Shown here: piece by piece, positions 13,420 through 22,282 of the stretch | How the letters are laid out: every line of letters begins with the position of its first letter | Numbering within the stretch: the stretch's first letter is position 1 | NCBI GenBank assembly: GCA_035690945.1 | Contig: DASSJY010000002.1 | Span: 19,182-83,181, forward strand | Direction of reading: 5' to 3' | Length of the DNA stretch: 64,000 nucleotides | Source of the DNA: Gammaproteobacteria bacterium | GTDB lineage: Bacteria; Pseudomonadota; Gammaproteobacteria; Natronospirales; DASSBR01 | The notes under the pieces: generated by a model | Database searches by the model: none | Seen by the model: the letters and a program-made list of their open reading frames with translations, nothing else | What the model was told of the DNA's origin: nothing | Program-made: the position numbers and the translations under genes

Positions 13420-15885
13420 TTACTGCTCCAGAATCGCCACGGCTGGATCGAGCTTCGCCGCCCGCCGCGCCGGCAGGTAGCATGCAGCAACGGTAATGAT
13501 CGACAGGGCCACAACCACGCCGGCAAGCGTCACCGGATCGAACGGTGCGACGTTAAAGAGCTGCGATGAAATGGAATACCCGAGGACCACCGCGAGAAGC
13601 AGACCGCCGCCCAAGCCGATCGCCAGCATCTTCAGGCCATCTCGGATGATCAGCCACAACAGGTCAGCCGGCAGCGCGCCCAGTGCGAGCCGTACACCGC
13701 ACTCCGTCACACGCTGACCGACGACGTAGCTCAACACGCCATATACGCCAACCGCGGCCAGCACCAGCCCCAGGCACGCGAATACCAACACCAGCGCCAT
13801 CACCGCTTCGCGCTCCGCCAGCGACTGGGCAACGGCTTCATGCATGGTGGTGAAATTGCTGATGGATACCAGCGGGTTGATGTTGTTGACGTCCTGCTTG
13901 ACCGATTTGATCAATGTTTCCGGCGGTACGCTACTCTTGACGACAAGGCTGATTCCCGCCGAAAAGATGGCGGGATACTGCATGCTGTCGAGATAGAACG
14001 TGCCACGTTGCGGCGACTCGGCGAGCGATTCGGAATGAATGGTGGCGACTTCAGCGACGATGGTGAACTGCACGCGCTTGTGATCCTTGACAACGCCCCC
14101 GACGGTAATCAAGTGGCCGATCGGGCTTTCGCCGGGGAACCACTTGTCCGCCATCTTCTTGTCGATGATCGCGACCGGCCGGCTGTCCGGCGTATCCTGC
14201 GCGCCAAACAGCCTGCCACGCAGCAGTCGAATATTCAGCGCCCTGAAAAAGCCGCCGCTAACGGCCTCGGCATTACCCACCGGCGCCTTGGCATCAGTAA
14301 TCGATACGCGGCCGGGAACGGTGTAGCCATTGCTGTGCGGCGGATTCTTGATGGGGACGTTCGATACAAGGCCCGCATGCTTCACGCCGGGAATCGCGCG
14401 TATATTACTCAGCAGTTGATCGTAATAGCGGGCCTGCGCGGCGGAGCCCGAACCCCCGCTGTCCGGCGGCAGCAGAATGTCAGCAGTCAGCACATTGCCG
14501 CTATCGAAGCCGGGATCCACCGCCTGCAGCCGCGCCAGGCTGTGTACCAGCAGCCCGGCGCCGCCAAGAAGTGCCGCCGCGAGCGCAATTTCGGCAACCA
14601 CGAGGGCGCTGCGCGTCTGCGTTGCGCCACGGCCACCGCCCACGGCGCGACCGCCCGATTGCAGCAGCGCCTGCGGATCGTTGCGCGACAACTGGCGAAT
14701 CGGCAACACGCTGGTCACGACGGCCACGAGGAGAACCATGCCCAGCGCGAACAAGCCGACACGCCAATCCGGGGTCAGCGTAAACACGCCGAGCCGCGCG
14801 CCGAGGCCGACGTTCCGAATGAATGTCAGACTGAACCAGCCGAGCGCCACGCCCGCCAGCGCACCCGGCACGGCAAGACACAGGCCTTCAACCAGCATTT
14901 GCCGTATCAGCACCCAGCGGCTGGCGCCGAGTGCCGTCCGCATGGCGATCTCATGCGTTCGCCCGAGAATGCGCGCGAGCAGCAGGTTGGCGACATTGAC
15001 GCACGCCATCAACAGCACCAGCAGCACAAAGCCTTGCAGGATCAGCAGTAGCGGCGTTCGATCGCCGAGTAAGACGGCTCGATAGGACCGGACCTTGAAG
15101 CCCCACTCCTTTTGCTTGTACCAGTTCGCAATCAGCGAGGGCACCTTTTTGATGATGTGTGACTGAACCTGGGTCAGTTGCGCGCGGGCCTGCGCAATAC
15201 CGGCGCCTGGCTTGAGGCGCGCGATAACCCCCTGATTGCCCCAGCACGTCCGGCAGTGTGTCAGCATCCCCGGCGGGAAATAGAACGGCGTCCACAGGCT
15301 GACGCGGTTATCAGGAAAAGCGAATCCTTTGGGCATCACGCCCACCACGCGATACGGCTGGCCGTCGAGCCTGATCGACCGACCGACGACATCCGGATCG
15401 CCACCGAAAGCAAGTTGCCAGAACGTATAGCTCAGCACCACGACGTTATCCTGTCCCTTTTCGTCATTGGTCGCGCTAAAGGTACGACCGATCAAAGGTT
15501 GCACGCGTAATATGCTGAACAGGCTGCTGCGTGTACTGACGGTCGTAATCCGTCGGGTGTGGCCGTTGAGCGTGAAGTTGTGATCTTCCGGTGTGTAAAG
15601 CGCTGCTTCGGAGAAGACGTTGGTACCGTGCACCACGTCGTTGAAGTTGGCAATCGATACGCCCGCGTATGGCACCCCGACTACCGGAACGCTCTCATTA
15701 ATAGCAACCAGTTGCTGCGGCTGCGAATACGGCAAGGGCTTCAGCAGATAGCCGTTCAGCACGCTGAACACCGCGGTGTTGGCGCCGATGCCAAGCGCGA
15801 GCGTAACAATAGCTGCGACTGCAAAGCCGGGCTTGGCAGCCAGTTGCCGCAGACCAAAACGTAGATCGTTCAGAAAACCGTTCAT
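13420..15885 (-). CDS. duplicated-FtsX ABC permease, ADOP/MacB-type (paralog 7)
   Basis: 821 aa. The first 22 residues are identical to paralog 9. Two FtsX halves are present (CVNVANLLLARILGRTHEIAMRTALGA and QRVTECGVRLALGALPADLLW). Confidence 0.85.
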   Translation of the reverse strand: MNGFLNDLRFGLRQLAAKPGFAVAAIVTLALGIGANTAVFSVLNGYLLKPLPYSQPQQLVAINESVPVVGVPYAGVSIANFNDVVHGTNVFSEAALYTPEDHNFTLNGHTRRITTVSTRSSLFSILRVQPLIGRTFSATNDEKGQDNVVVLSYTFWQLAFGGDPDVVGRSIRLDGQPYRVVGVMPKGFAFPDNRVSLWTPFYFPPGMLTHCRTCWGNQGVIARLKPGAGIAQARAQLTQVQSHIIKKVPSLIANWYKQKEWGFKVRSYRAVLLGDRTPLLLILQGFVLLVLLMACVNVANLLLARILGRTHEIAMRTALGASRWVLIRQMLVEGLCLAVPGALAGVALGWFSLTFIRNVGLGARLGVFTLTPDWRVGLFALGMVLLVAVVTSVLPIRQLSRNDPQALLQSGGRAVGGGRGATQTRSALVVAEIALAAALLGGAGLLVHSLARLQAVDPGFDSGNVLTADILLPPDSGGSGSAAQARYYDQLLSNIRAIPGVKHAGLVSNVPIKNPPHSNGYTVPGRVSITDAKAPVGNAEAVSGGFFRALNIRLLRGRLFGAQDTPDSRPVAIIDKKMADKWFPGESPIGHLITVGGVVKDHKRVQFTIVAEVATIHSESLAESPQRGTFYLDSMQYPAIFSAGISLVVKSSVPPETLIKSVKQDVNNINPLVSISNFTTMHEAVAQSLAEREAVMALVLVFACLGLVLAAVGVYGVLSYVVGQRVTECGVRLALGALPADLLWLIIRDGLKMLAIGLGGGLLLAVVLGYSISSQLFNVAPFDPVTLAGVVVALSIITVAACYLPARRAAKLDPAVAILEQ

Positions 15886-15903
15886 CGAATGCCTCGGGAT
15901 CAG

Positions 15904-18351
15904 TTATTGTTCCGAAATCGCGATAGCCGGATCGAGCTTCGCCGCGCGTCGCGCCGGCAGATAACATGCAGCCAAAGTGATAAGGCACAGCACGATGGCG
16001 CTGCCGATCAGCGTCACCGGATCGAATGGCATGACGCCGAACAACTGTGCCGATATGAGGTAGCCGCACAGGACGGCGAGACCGAGACCGATTACCAGCC
16101 CCACCACGAGCAGGCGCAGGCCGTCCTTCAGCACCAGCCATTGCAGGTCCTCTGGCAGCGCACCGAGCGCAAGGCGGACACCGCACTCGGCACGGCGTTG
16201 GCCGACGGCATAGCTCATCACCGCGTAAACCCCGACAATCGCCAGCGCAAGGGCGATGGCGCCGAATGCCAACAGCAGCGTCATCGTCGTTTGCTTGTCG
16301 TTCAGCGACTTCAACAGTTGCTCGTGCATGGTGTGGATGTCGTCAACGGCGACGTTTGGCGCCATGGTCGACAGAAGGTTTTGCACCGGCTTGACGAGCG
16401 CCCGCGGCGGCAGCCTGGTGTGAATCACCAGGTACATATCGCTCGAGGCCCGCTTGCCCACATTGAGATAAATGGCCGCCGACGGCTCAGGTTGCGACAG
16501 TTTCGTGTACTTGATCGACGGCACGACGCCGACAACGGTAAATACACTATCCGGGCCGAACGAGATTTTCTGTCCGATTGGATTGACGCTCGCGAAGTAC
16601 TTCCTGGCTACGGCGGCGTCGACGATCGCGTGCATCTTGCCGGCGTCGCGCTCGTCGAACCGTCGGCCGCGTAAAATCGGAATGCCGAGTGTCTTGAAAT
16701 AGCCGGTTGAAACCAGGTCGCTGATCGCTGCGGGCGGCTTGCCGGTCGGCGGCTCCCGCCCGGGAATAAAAAAGGCTCTAAAGTTGCTCGCGCCGCCCAA
16801 TGGAACAAAATCGGTAATGCCTGCGTCCCAGACCCCCGGCAGTGCATCCACGCGCCTTACCACCTCGTTATAAAAATTGCCCATGGCCCCGTCACCGGAA
16901 TAGTCCTTCGGCGACAGCACAAGCTGCGCGATCAGCAAATGATCCTTGCGAAAACCCGGATCGACGGCTTGAATATTGATGAAGCTGTGCAGGACCAGCC
17001 CGGCCATCGCAAGCAGGCCGGTCGCGAGCGTCAGTTCGGCAATCACCAGCGCGCCGCGCATACGCTTCGCGCTCCGCCCGGCGCCGGCGGTGCGGCTGCC
17101 CTCCTGCAACACCAATTGCAGATCGGTCTTCGAGAGATGGCGGATCGGCAGCACGCTGACCAGCATGGCAGTGAGCAAGACCGCGCCGAGTGCGAACAGC
17201 CCGACCCGCCAGTCAAGGCCGATATTGAAAATGCTGTCGCCGACGCCGAGCGCCGAGTCCCCGAGGAAATGCAGCCCCAGCCAGGCAAGCGCGACGCCCA
17301 CCAGGCCGCCGGGCACGGTCAGACAGAGTGCTTCACCAAGCAATTGCCGCGCCAGTACGGCGCGGCTCGCGCCGAGTGTACTGCGGATGGCGATTTCGTG
17401 GCTGCGACCAAGAATACGCGACAGCAGGAGGTTGGCGACGTTGACACAAGTGATCAGCAGGATCAGCAACACTGCGCCTTGCAGCAGCCACAACGTCGAT
17501 GGCCGATCGCCAAGCAACTCCTGTCGGTAGGATCGAGCCTGCAACGTGAACCCGATGCTGTTAAGCAGTTTCTGGTCAAACGTGAATTTGCCCGCATGGA
17601 TGGGCAGCGTGTGGTCGGTCCATGTGCGAACTGCCTGCTGCACCTGCCGCCCGGCGGTCTCTACGCTGACGCCGGGCTTGAGCCAGCCGATAAACGAGAA
17701 GTTCAGCGCAAGGAAGCGCTGCGGGTCGAAGCTCTTCGGGCCGATCGTCGTCGGCATCCATATCGAAATGTCGCGATCGGGGAACGCGAAGCCCGCGGGC
17801 ATGACGCCGATGATGCGATAGACGTTGCTCTCGATCTTGACGCTCTTGCCGACGACGTTCGGGTCCGCGCCGAATGTGCCGCGCCAGAGCGCATAACTGA
17901 TAAGCACTACCTGGTCGTTGCCGTCCTGCATGTTGGCTGTGGTGAAAACGTGCCCGAGCATGGGCTTCACACCCAGCACACCGAACAGTGAGGCCGTAGA
18001 AAAGACGCCGCCGACTCGCTGGGCGCGGCCACCGGCGTTCAGGTTGAAATCGTCGTTGCCGAAGACGGCCGTTGCGGCAAACGCGCTCGTATTCTTCTCG
18101 ATGACCTGGTAGATCGGCATTGACACTTGGAAATCGCCGGCTTTCATCTTCGGTATCTCGACGTTGATCTGCGCCAGCCGGCCGGCGTGTGGGTATGGCA
18201 GCGGCTTAAGGAGATAGCCGCTGAGTACGCTGAATACGGCGGTGTTGGCACCGATACCGAGCGCGAGGGTGATAATCGCCGCGGCGGCAAAGCCGGGTCT
18301 GGCCACAATCTGTCGGAATCCGAAGCGCAAGTCTTTCAGGAAGCCATGCAT
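15904..18351 (-). CDS. duplicated-FtsX ABC permease, ADOP/MacB-type (paralog 6)
   Basis: Same architecture. The ATG at 18351 (MHGFLKDLRFG) aligns with the paralog N-termini and has GAGGTGG upstream. The ORF-track GTG at 18360 is an alternative. Confidence 0.83.
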   Translation of the reverse strand: MHGFLKDLRFGFRQIVARPGFAAAAIITLALGIGANTAVFSVLSGYLLKPLPYPHAGRLAQINVEIPKMKAGDFQVSMPIYQVIEKNTSAFAATAVFGNDDFNLNAGGRAQRVGGVFSTASLFGVLGVKPMLGHVFTTANMQDGNDQVVLISYALWRGTFGADPNVVGKSVKIESNVYRIIGVMPAGFAFPDRDISIWMPTTIGPKSFDPQRFLALNFSFIGWLKPGVSVETAGRQVQQAVRTWTDHTLPIHAGKFTFDQKLLNSIGFTLQARSYRQELLGDRPSTLWLLQGAVLLILLITCVNVANLLLSRILGRSHEIAIRSTLGASRAVLARQLLGEALCLTVPGGLVGVALAWLGLHFLGDSALGVGDSIFNIGLDWRVGLFALGAVLLTAMLVSVLPIRHLSKTDLQLVLQEGSRTAGAGRSAKRMRGALVIAELTLATGLLAMAGLVLHSFINIQAVDPGFRKDHLLIAQLVLSPKDYSGDGAMGNFYNEVVRRVDALPGVWDAGITDFVPLGGASNFRAFFIPGREPPTGKPPAAISDLVSTGYFKTLGIPILRGRRFDERDAGKMHAIVDAAVARKYFASVNPIGQKISFGPDSVFTVVGVVPSIKYTKLSQPEPSAAIYLNVGKRASSDMYLVIHTRLPPRALVKPVQNLLSTMAPNVAVDDIHTMHEQLLKSLNDKQTTMTLLLAFGAIALALAIVGVYAVMSYAVGQRRAECGVRLALGALPEDLQWLVLKDGLRLLVVGLVIGLGLAVLCGYLISAQLFGVMPFDPVTLIGSAIVLCLITLAACYLPARRAAKLDPAIAISEQ

Positions 18352-18361
18352 AGTCACCACC

Positions 18362-20815
18362 TCAGTGATCGGTCATAGCAATAGCGGGATCGAGTTTCGC
18401 CGCGCGCCGCGCCGGCAACCAACAAGCAACCAGCGTGATAACAAACAACACGACCGCGCTACCAATCAGCGTTACCGGATCAAACGGCGCGACACCGAAC
18501 AACTGGGCCGACATCAGGTAGCCGAACAATACGGCCAGGCCGAGCCCCATTGCGAGGCCGACCGCGAGTAATCGCAGCCCGTCCTTCAAGATCAGCCACG
18601 ACACGTCTTCAGGCAGCGCGCCGAGCGCCAGACGTACCCCGCATTCGGTTCGTCGCTGCCCTACCGCGTAGCTCATGACGCCGTAAACGCCGATGATTGC
18701 GAGCGCCAGCGCGATGGCGCCGAAGGCGACCACGAGAATCATCGTCGCGCGCTGGTTGCGGAGCGTGTCCGCCAACCTGCTTTGCATCGTCTGGACATTA
18801 AAGACCGCCACTGCGGAGTCGGTTTTCCTGAGCAGGTTGCGTAGCGGATTGATCAGCAGGTTCGGCGGCACCGCCGTCTTTATCACCAGGTACATGGTCC
18901 GTTCGGGGTCCTGGGCAGCGCTGACGTAAGCCACCCGCTTGGGAACGGCCTCGTCAATGCTCTGAATCTTGACCGACGGTACAACGCCGATAATCTTGTA
19001 CCACTTGCCCGGATCGCTGATGTAAATCTGGCGTCCGAGCGGATTCTTGCCGCCGAAATATTGTTTGGCCAACGCCTGGTTGATGACGGCTACAAACTGA
19101 CTGTGGGTGGTATCGCGCGCATCGAATGCGCGGCCGCGCAGGAGCGGAATGCCCAACGACCGGAAATAGGTGCCGTCGATAACAATTTTGCCCGCGGTCG
19201 GATACGCCGCGCCGGCGGGTGCCTTGTAGCCGCGCATCCGCACGTATTCCCCTGGTACCGAGCGGCAAAGCGGCGCGCAACTGGCGACGCTTGCCGAAGT
19301 CACGCCCGGTACCGCCTCCACTTGCGTCAACAGGTTTGCATAAAAGCGGCTCAAGGCGGCATCGCCCGCATGATCTTCGCGCGGCACGAGCAAGCCGGCG
19401 ACGAGCACATTGTCCTTGTTGAACCCGGTATCGGTGGTCTGGAGGTTGATGAAGCTGTGCAACAGCAGCCCGGCGCCCGAAAGCAAGCCCGTCGCCAGCA
19501 CCAGTTCGACCACGACCAGTGTATTGCGAAGCCGGCGCGCGCGTCGGCCGCCGGACGCACGCTGGCCGCCACCCTCCTGCAACAGCGTCTGCAAATCCGT
19601 CCGACCCAAACGCTGGATCGGCGCAAGGCTGACCAGCAAGGCTGTGGCGCAAACGACGCCCAGTGCAAACAGCCCCACCCGCCAGTCTGGCGTTACATTG
19701 AAGACGTCGCCTGCTGTCACCAGCCCGGAATGGTCGATCAGCGCGAGCGCCCACCAGCCAAGACCAATGCCGACCACGCCGCCCGGCACCGCCAGGCATA
19801 ACGCTTCGACAAGCAACTGGCGCGTGAGCGCGCCGCGGCTCGCGCCCAGCGCCGCACGCATGCTCAACTCATGGCTGCGCCCGAGCACGCGCGACAGCAA
19901 GAGATTCGCGACATTGACGCAGGCGATCAGCAGCACCAGCAGCACCGCGAACTGGAGCAGCAACAACGTCGTCTTCTGGTTGCCGAGCAGCGCTTCCCTG
20001 TATTGACCGGCAGTCATGTCGAAGCCGAGGCTTTTTACCTGTTGCCAGTCCTCTGCCGCCAGCGAGTGCTGTACAAACGCCATGACCGGCTGCAACTGTC
20101 GAGACACATTCGCGACACTCGTACCCGGCCGCAGCCGCCCTATCATGTCGTAATTGAGCGGCCCGAAGCGGCTGGTGTCATGGTTCTGTGGCGTGATTAC
20201 CAGCGGTCGCCAGAACTCCGTGCTGCGATCCGGAAATGCAAACCCGCGCGGCATGACGGCGACGACGCGATACACACGGCTGTCGAGCTTGAACGTCTTG
20301 CCGATCGCGTCGGGATTGCCACCGAACAAGCTTTGCCACAGGCCATAGCTGAGCACCACAACCTGCTCACGGCCGGACTGACTGTTCGCCGGCCCGAATA
20401 CCCTGCCCAATAATGGCTTGACGCCCAGCACGCTGAACAGCGAAGCCGTCGCCGTCGTGCCGGTCGCCCGCCGTGCCTGGCCACCGGCCTGTAAGTTAAA
20501 GGCGTGGGTGCTGTATATCGCCGAATCGGACAGGGCACGAACGTGATCCTGCACCTCGAAATAGAGCGGCATCGCCATGCCCGGGAGATGTTTCGACGCA
20601 GGCAAGCTGCGGAACTCCGCGTCGATTTGCACGAGTTGTCCACCCTGCGGATACGGCAGCGGTTTCAGCAGGTAGCCGTTCAATATGCTGAACACAGCCG
20701 TGTTCGCGCCGATCCCGAGTGCGAGAGTCAGAATTGCCGCAACGGCGAAGCCGGGCCTGGCAGAAAGCTGGCGCGCGCCAAAGCGCAGGTCGTTCAAGAC
20801 TCCAAGCATGCTCAT
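18362..20815 (-). CDS. duplicated-FtsX ABC permease, ADOP/MacB-type (paralog 5)
   Basis: 817 aa with the same architecture. Its ATG overlaps the stop of the upstream hydrolase gene in an ATGA. Confidence 0.85.
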   Translation of the reverse strand: MSMLGVLNDLRFGARQLSARPGFAVAAILTLALGIGANTAVFSILNGYLLKPLPYPQGGQLVQIDAEFRSLPASKHLPGMAMPLYFEVQDHVRALSDSAIYSTHAFNLQAGGQARRATGTTATASLFSVLGVKPLLGRVFGPANSQSGREQVVVLSYGLWQSLFGGNPDAIGKTFKLDSRVYRVVAVMPRGFAFPDRSTEFWRPLVITPQNHDTSRFGPLNYDMIGRLRPGTSVANVSRQLQPVMAFVQHSLAAEDWQQVKSLGFDMTAGQYREALLGNQKTTLLLLQFAVLLVLLIACVNVANLLLSRVLGRSHELSMRAALGASRGALTRQLLVEALCLAVPGGVVGIGLGWWALALIDHSGLVTAGDVFNVTPDWRVGLFALGVVCATALLVSLAPIQRLGRTDLQTLLQEGGGQRASGGRRARRLRNTLVVVELVLATGLLSGAGLLLHSFINLQTTDTGFNKDNVLVAGLLVPREDHAGDAALSRFYANLLTQVEAVPGVTSASVASCAPLCRSVPGEYVRMRGYKAPAGAAYPTAGKIVIDGTYFRSLGIPLLRGRAFDARDTTHSQFVAVINQALAKQYFGGKNPLGRQIYISDPGKWYKIIGVVPSVKIQSIDEAVPKRVAYVSAAQDPERTMYLVIKTAVPPNLLINPLRNLLRKTDSAVAVFNVQTMQSRLADTLRNQRATMILVVAFGAIALALAIIGVYGVMSYAVGQRRTECGVRLALGALPEDVSWLILKDGLRLLAVGLAMGLGLAVLFGYLMSAQLFGVAPFDPVTLIGSAVVLFVITLVACWLPARRAAKLDPAIAMTDH

Positions 20816-22272
20816 TTCTTCCGATTCGCTGAAGGGTTTTCGCGCCTGCCGGTCTGGGTATTCCCGTTGGCGTGCATTACGATCGAGGATAGCGTTCCGT
20901 TCGCACCCGATATGAATTCGATTTGCGCATTAAGCTTTGGCCAATAGAAGTGCGGATGGCCGTCCTTCATTCCTTCATATAAAAGCGGCAGCAACGGCGG
21001 CCCATTCGCTTGTACTCCCAGTCGATCTCCATTGGGTACGAACGTGAGCGTAAAATCCGGCGACAGCGCGTAGGCCCCTTCAAACTTCGAAAGATCCTGC
21101 CCCACAAGCGGGACTGGCTTCCGTTCGCTCGCCAACACAACCTGCTTGCCGAGCATCACGTCCAATAGCTGGTTTCCCATAACGGTGGGCGCCGTGCCAT
21201 TCACGTTGCCGAGCACCACAACTGCTATTTTTCTCGCCGGTACATAGGCAAGATAAGTATTGAAGCCTTCGATGCCCCCACTGTGAGAAACAATCTTCAC
21301 CCCGGCACGTTGCGTGACTTCGACGCCCAGCCCGTAATGGCCTTTGCCGGGAGTCGTCATTGCCTTCAGCGAGGCAGCCGACACCAATTTTCCACCGAAC
21401 AGTGCATGCTCCCATCGCAGCAGGTCGGGTGTTGTGGAATACATCGAGCCGGCAGCCCACGGCACCGTCATGGATTCCGATCGGGCCCGCACAAGCTCGC
21501 TGCCCCTGTAGCGATATCCCTGCGCCCGCTTCGGTAATATCAGGCCATCGGCATCCAGTCCCGTGCCGGCCATATGCAATGGCTTCAAAATGCGGTCCTG
21601 CAGCAATTTGCCATAGGATGTGCCGCTGACTTTCTCGATTACTGCGCCGAGCACTTCATAATTCGAATTGCTGTACTCGAACTTGCTGCCCGGCTTGAAT
21701 TCGAGCGGCTTGTCGCGAAAGTACACCAGTTCCTCCGCATGCGTATGCGGCGTCATTCTCCACTTCATAAACGTCTTGAAAGAGGTGAAATTGGGAATGC
21801 CGGAGGTATGGTGCAGCAATTCAGACAGGGTGATCTTGTCCCACTGCTTCGGTGCATCGGGCAGATATTTGCTGACGGGATCCTCGATCCGAAGCTTGCC
21901 GTCCTCTTGTAACAGGAGCACAAGCGCCGCAGTAAATTGCTTGGTAAGCGAACCCAGCCGGAACTTGGCATCAAGGGCGTTGGGAATGTCCCACGCTACA
22001 TTCGCCATGCCGTATCCTTTATCGAGCAGTATCTCGTCGCCCTTTGCTACCAGCACCGTGCCCATGAAGGCGTTTCCCATCGCGGTGTTGCCGGTAGTGT
22101 GCGACCGGGCAACCTGTTCCAGTCGCGCCTTCAGGGGTACTTTGCCCGTTTGAGCCGTCGTGGCCGCGTAGCTCGGCTGCGGCATTATTGTAAACGCAAG
22201 GCAGCACGCTGATACGAACGCCACCGCCACCGGTAACTGCATAAACCCGGCTTGTTGCTCTTCCGACTTCAT
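20812..22272 (-). CDS. secreted beta-lactamase-fold serine hydrolase (class C / PBP4*-like family)
   Basis: 486 aa. N-terminal signal-like segment LPVAVAFVSACCLAFTIMPQPSYA. SxxK motif in LGSLTKQF, YxN motif in YSNSNY, and a C-terminal extension after the hydrolase domain. Confidence 0.8.
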   Translation of the reverse strand: MKSEEQQAGFMQLPVAVAFVSACCLAFTIMPQPSYAATTAQTGKVPLKARLEQVARSHTTGNTAMGNAFMGTVLVAKGDEILLDKGYGMANVAWDIPNALDAKFRLGSLTKQFTAALVLLLQEDGKLRIEDPVSKYLPDAPKQWDKITLSELLHHTSGIPNFTSFKTFMKWRMTPHTHAEELVYFRDKPLEFKPGSKFEYSNSNYEVLGAVIEKVSGTSYGKLLQDRILKPLHMAGTGLDADGLILPKRAQGYRYRGSELVRARSESMTVPWAAGSMYSTTPDLLRWEHALFGGKLVSAASLKAMTTPGKGHYGLGVEVTQRAGVKIVSHSGGIEGFNTYLAYVPARKIAVVVLGNVNGTAPTVMGNQLLDVMLGKQVVLASERKPVPLVGQDLSKFEGAYALSPDFTLTFVPNGDRLGVQANGPPLLPLLYEGMKDGHPHFYWPKLNAQIEFISGANGTLSSIVMHANGNTQTGRRENPSANRKK

Positions 22273-22282
22273 ATCAATCCCG

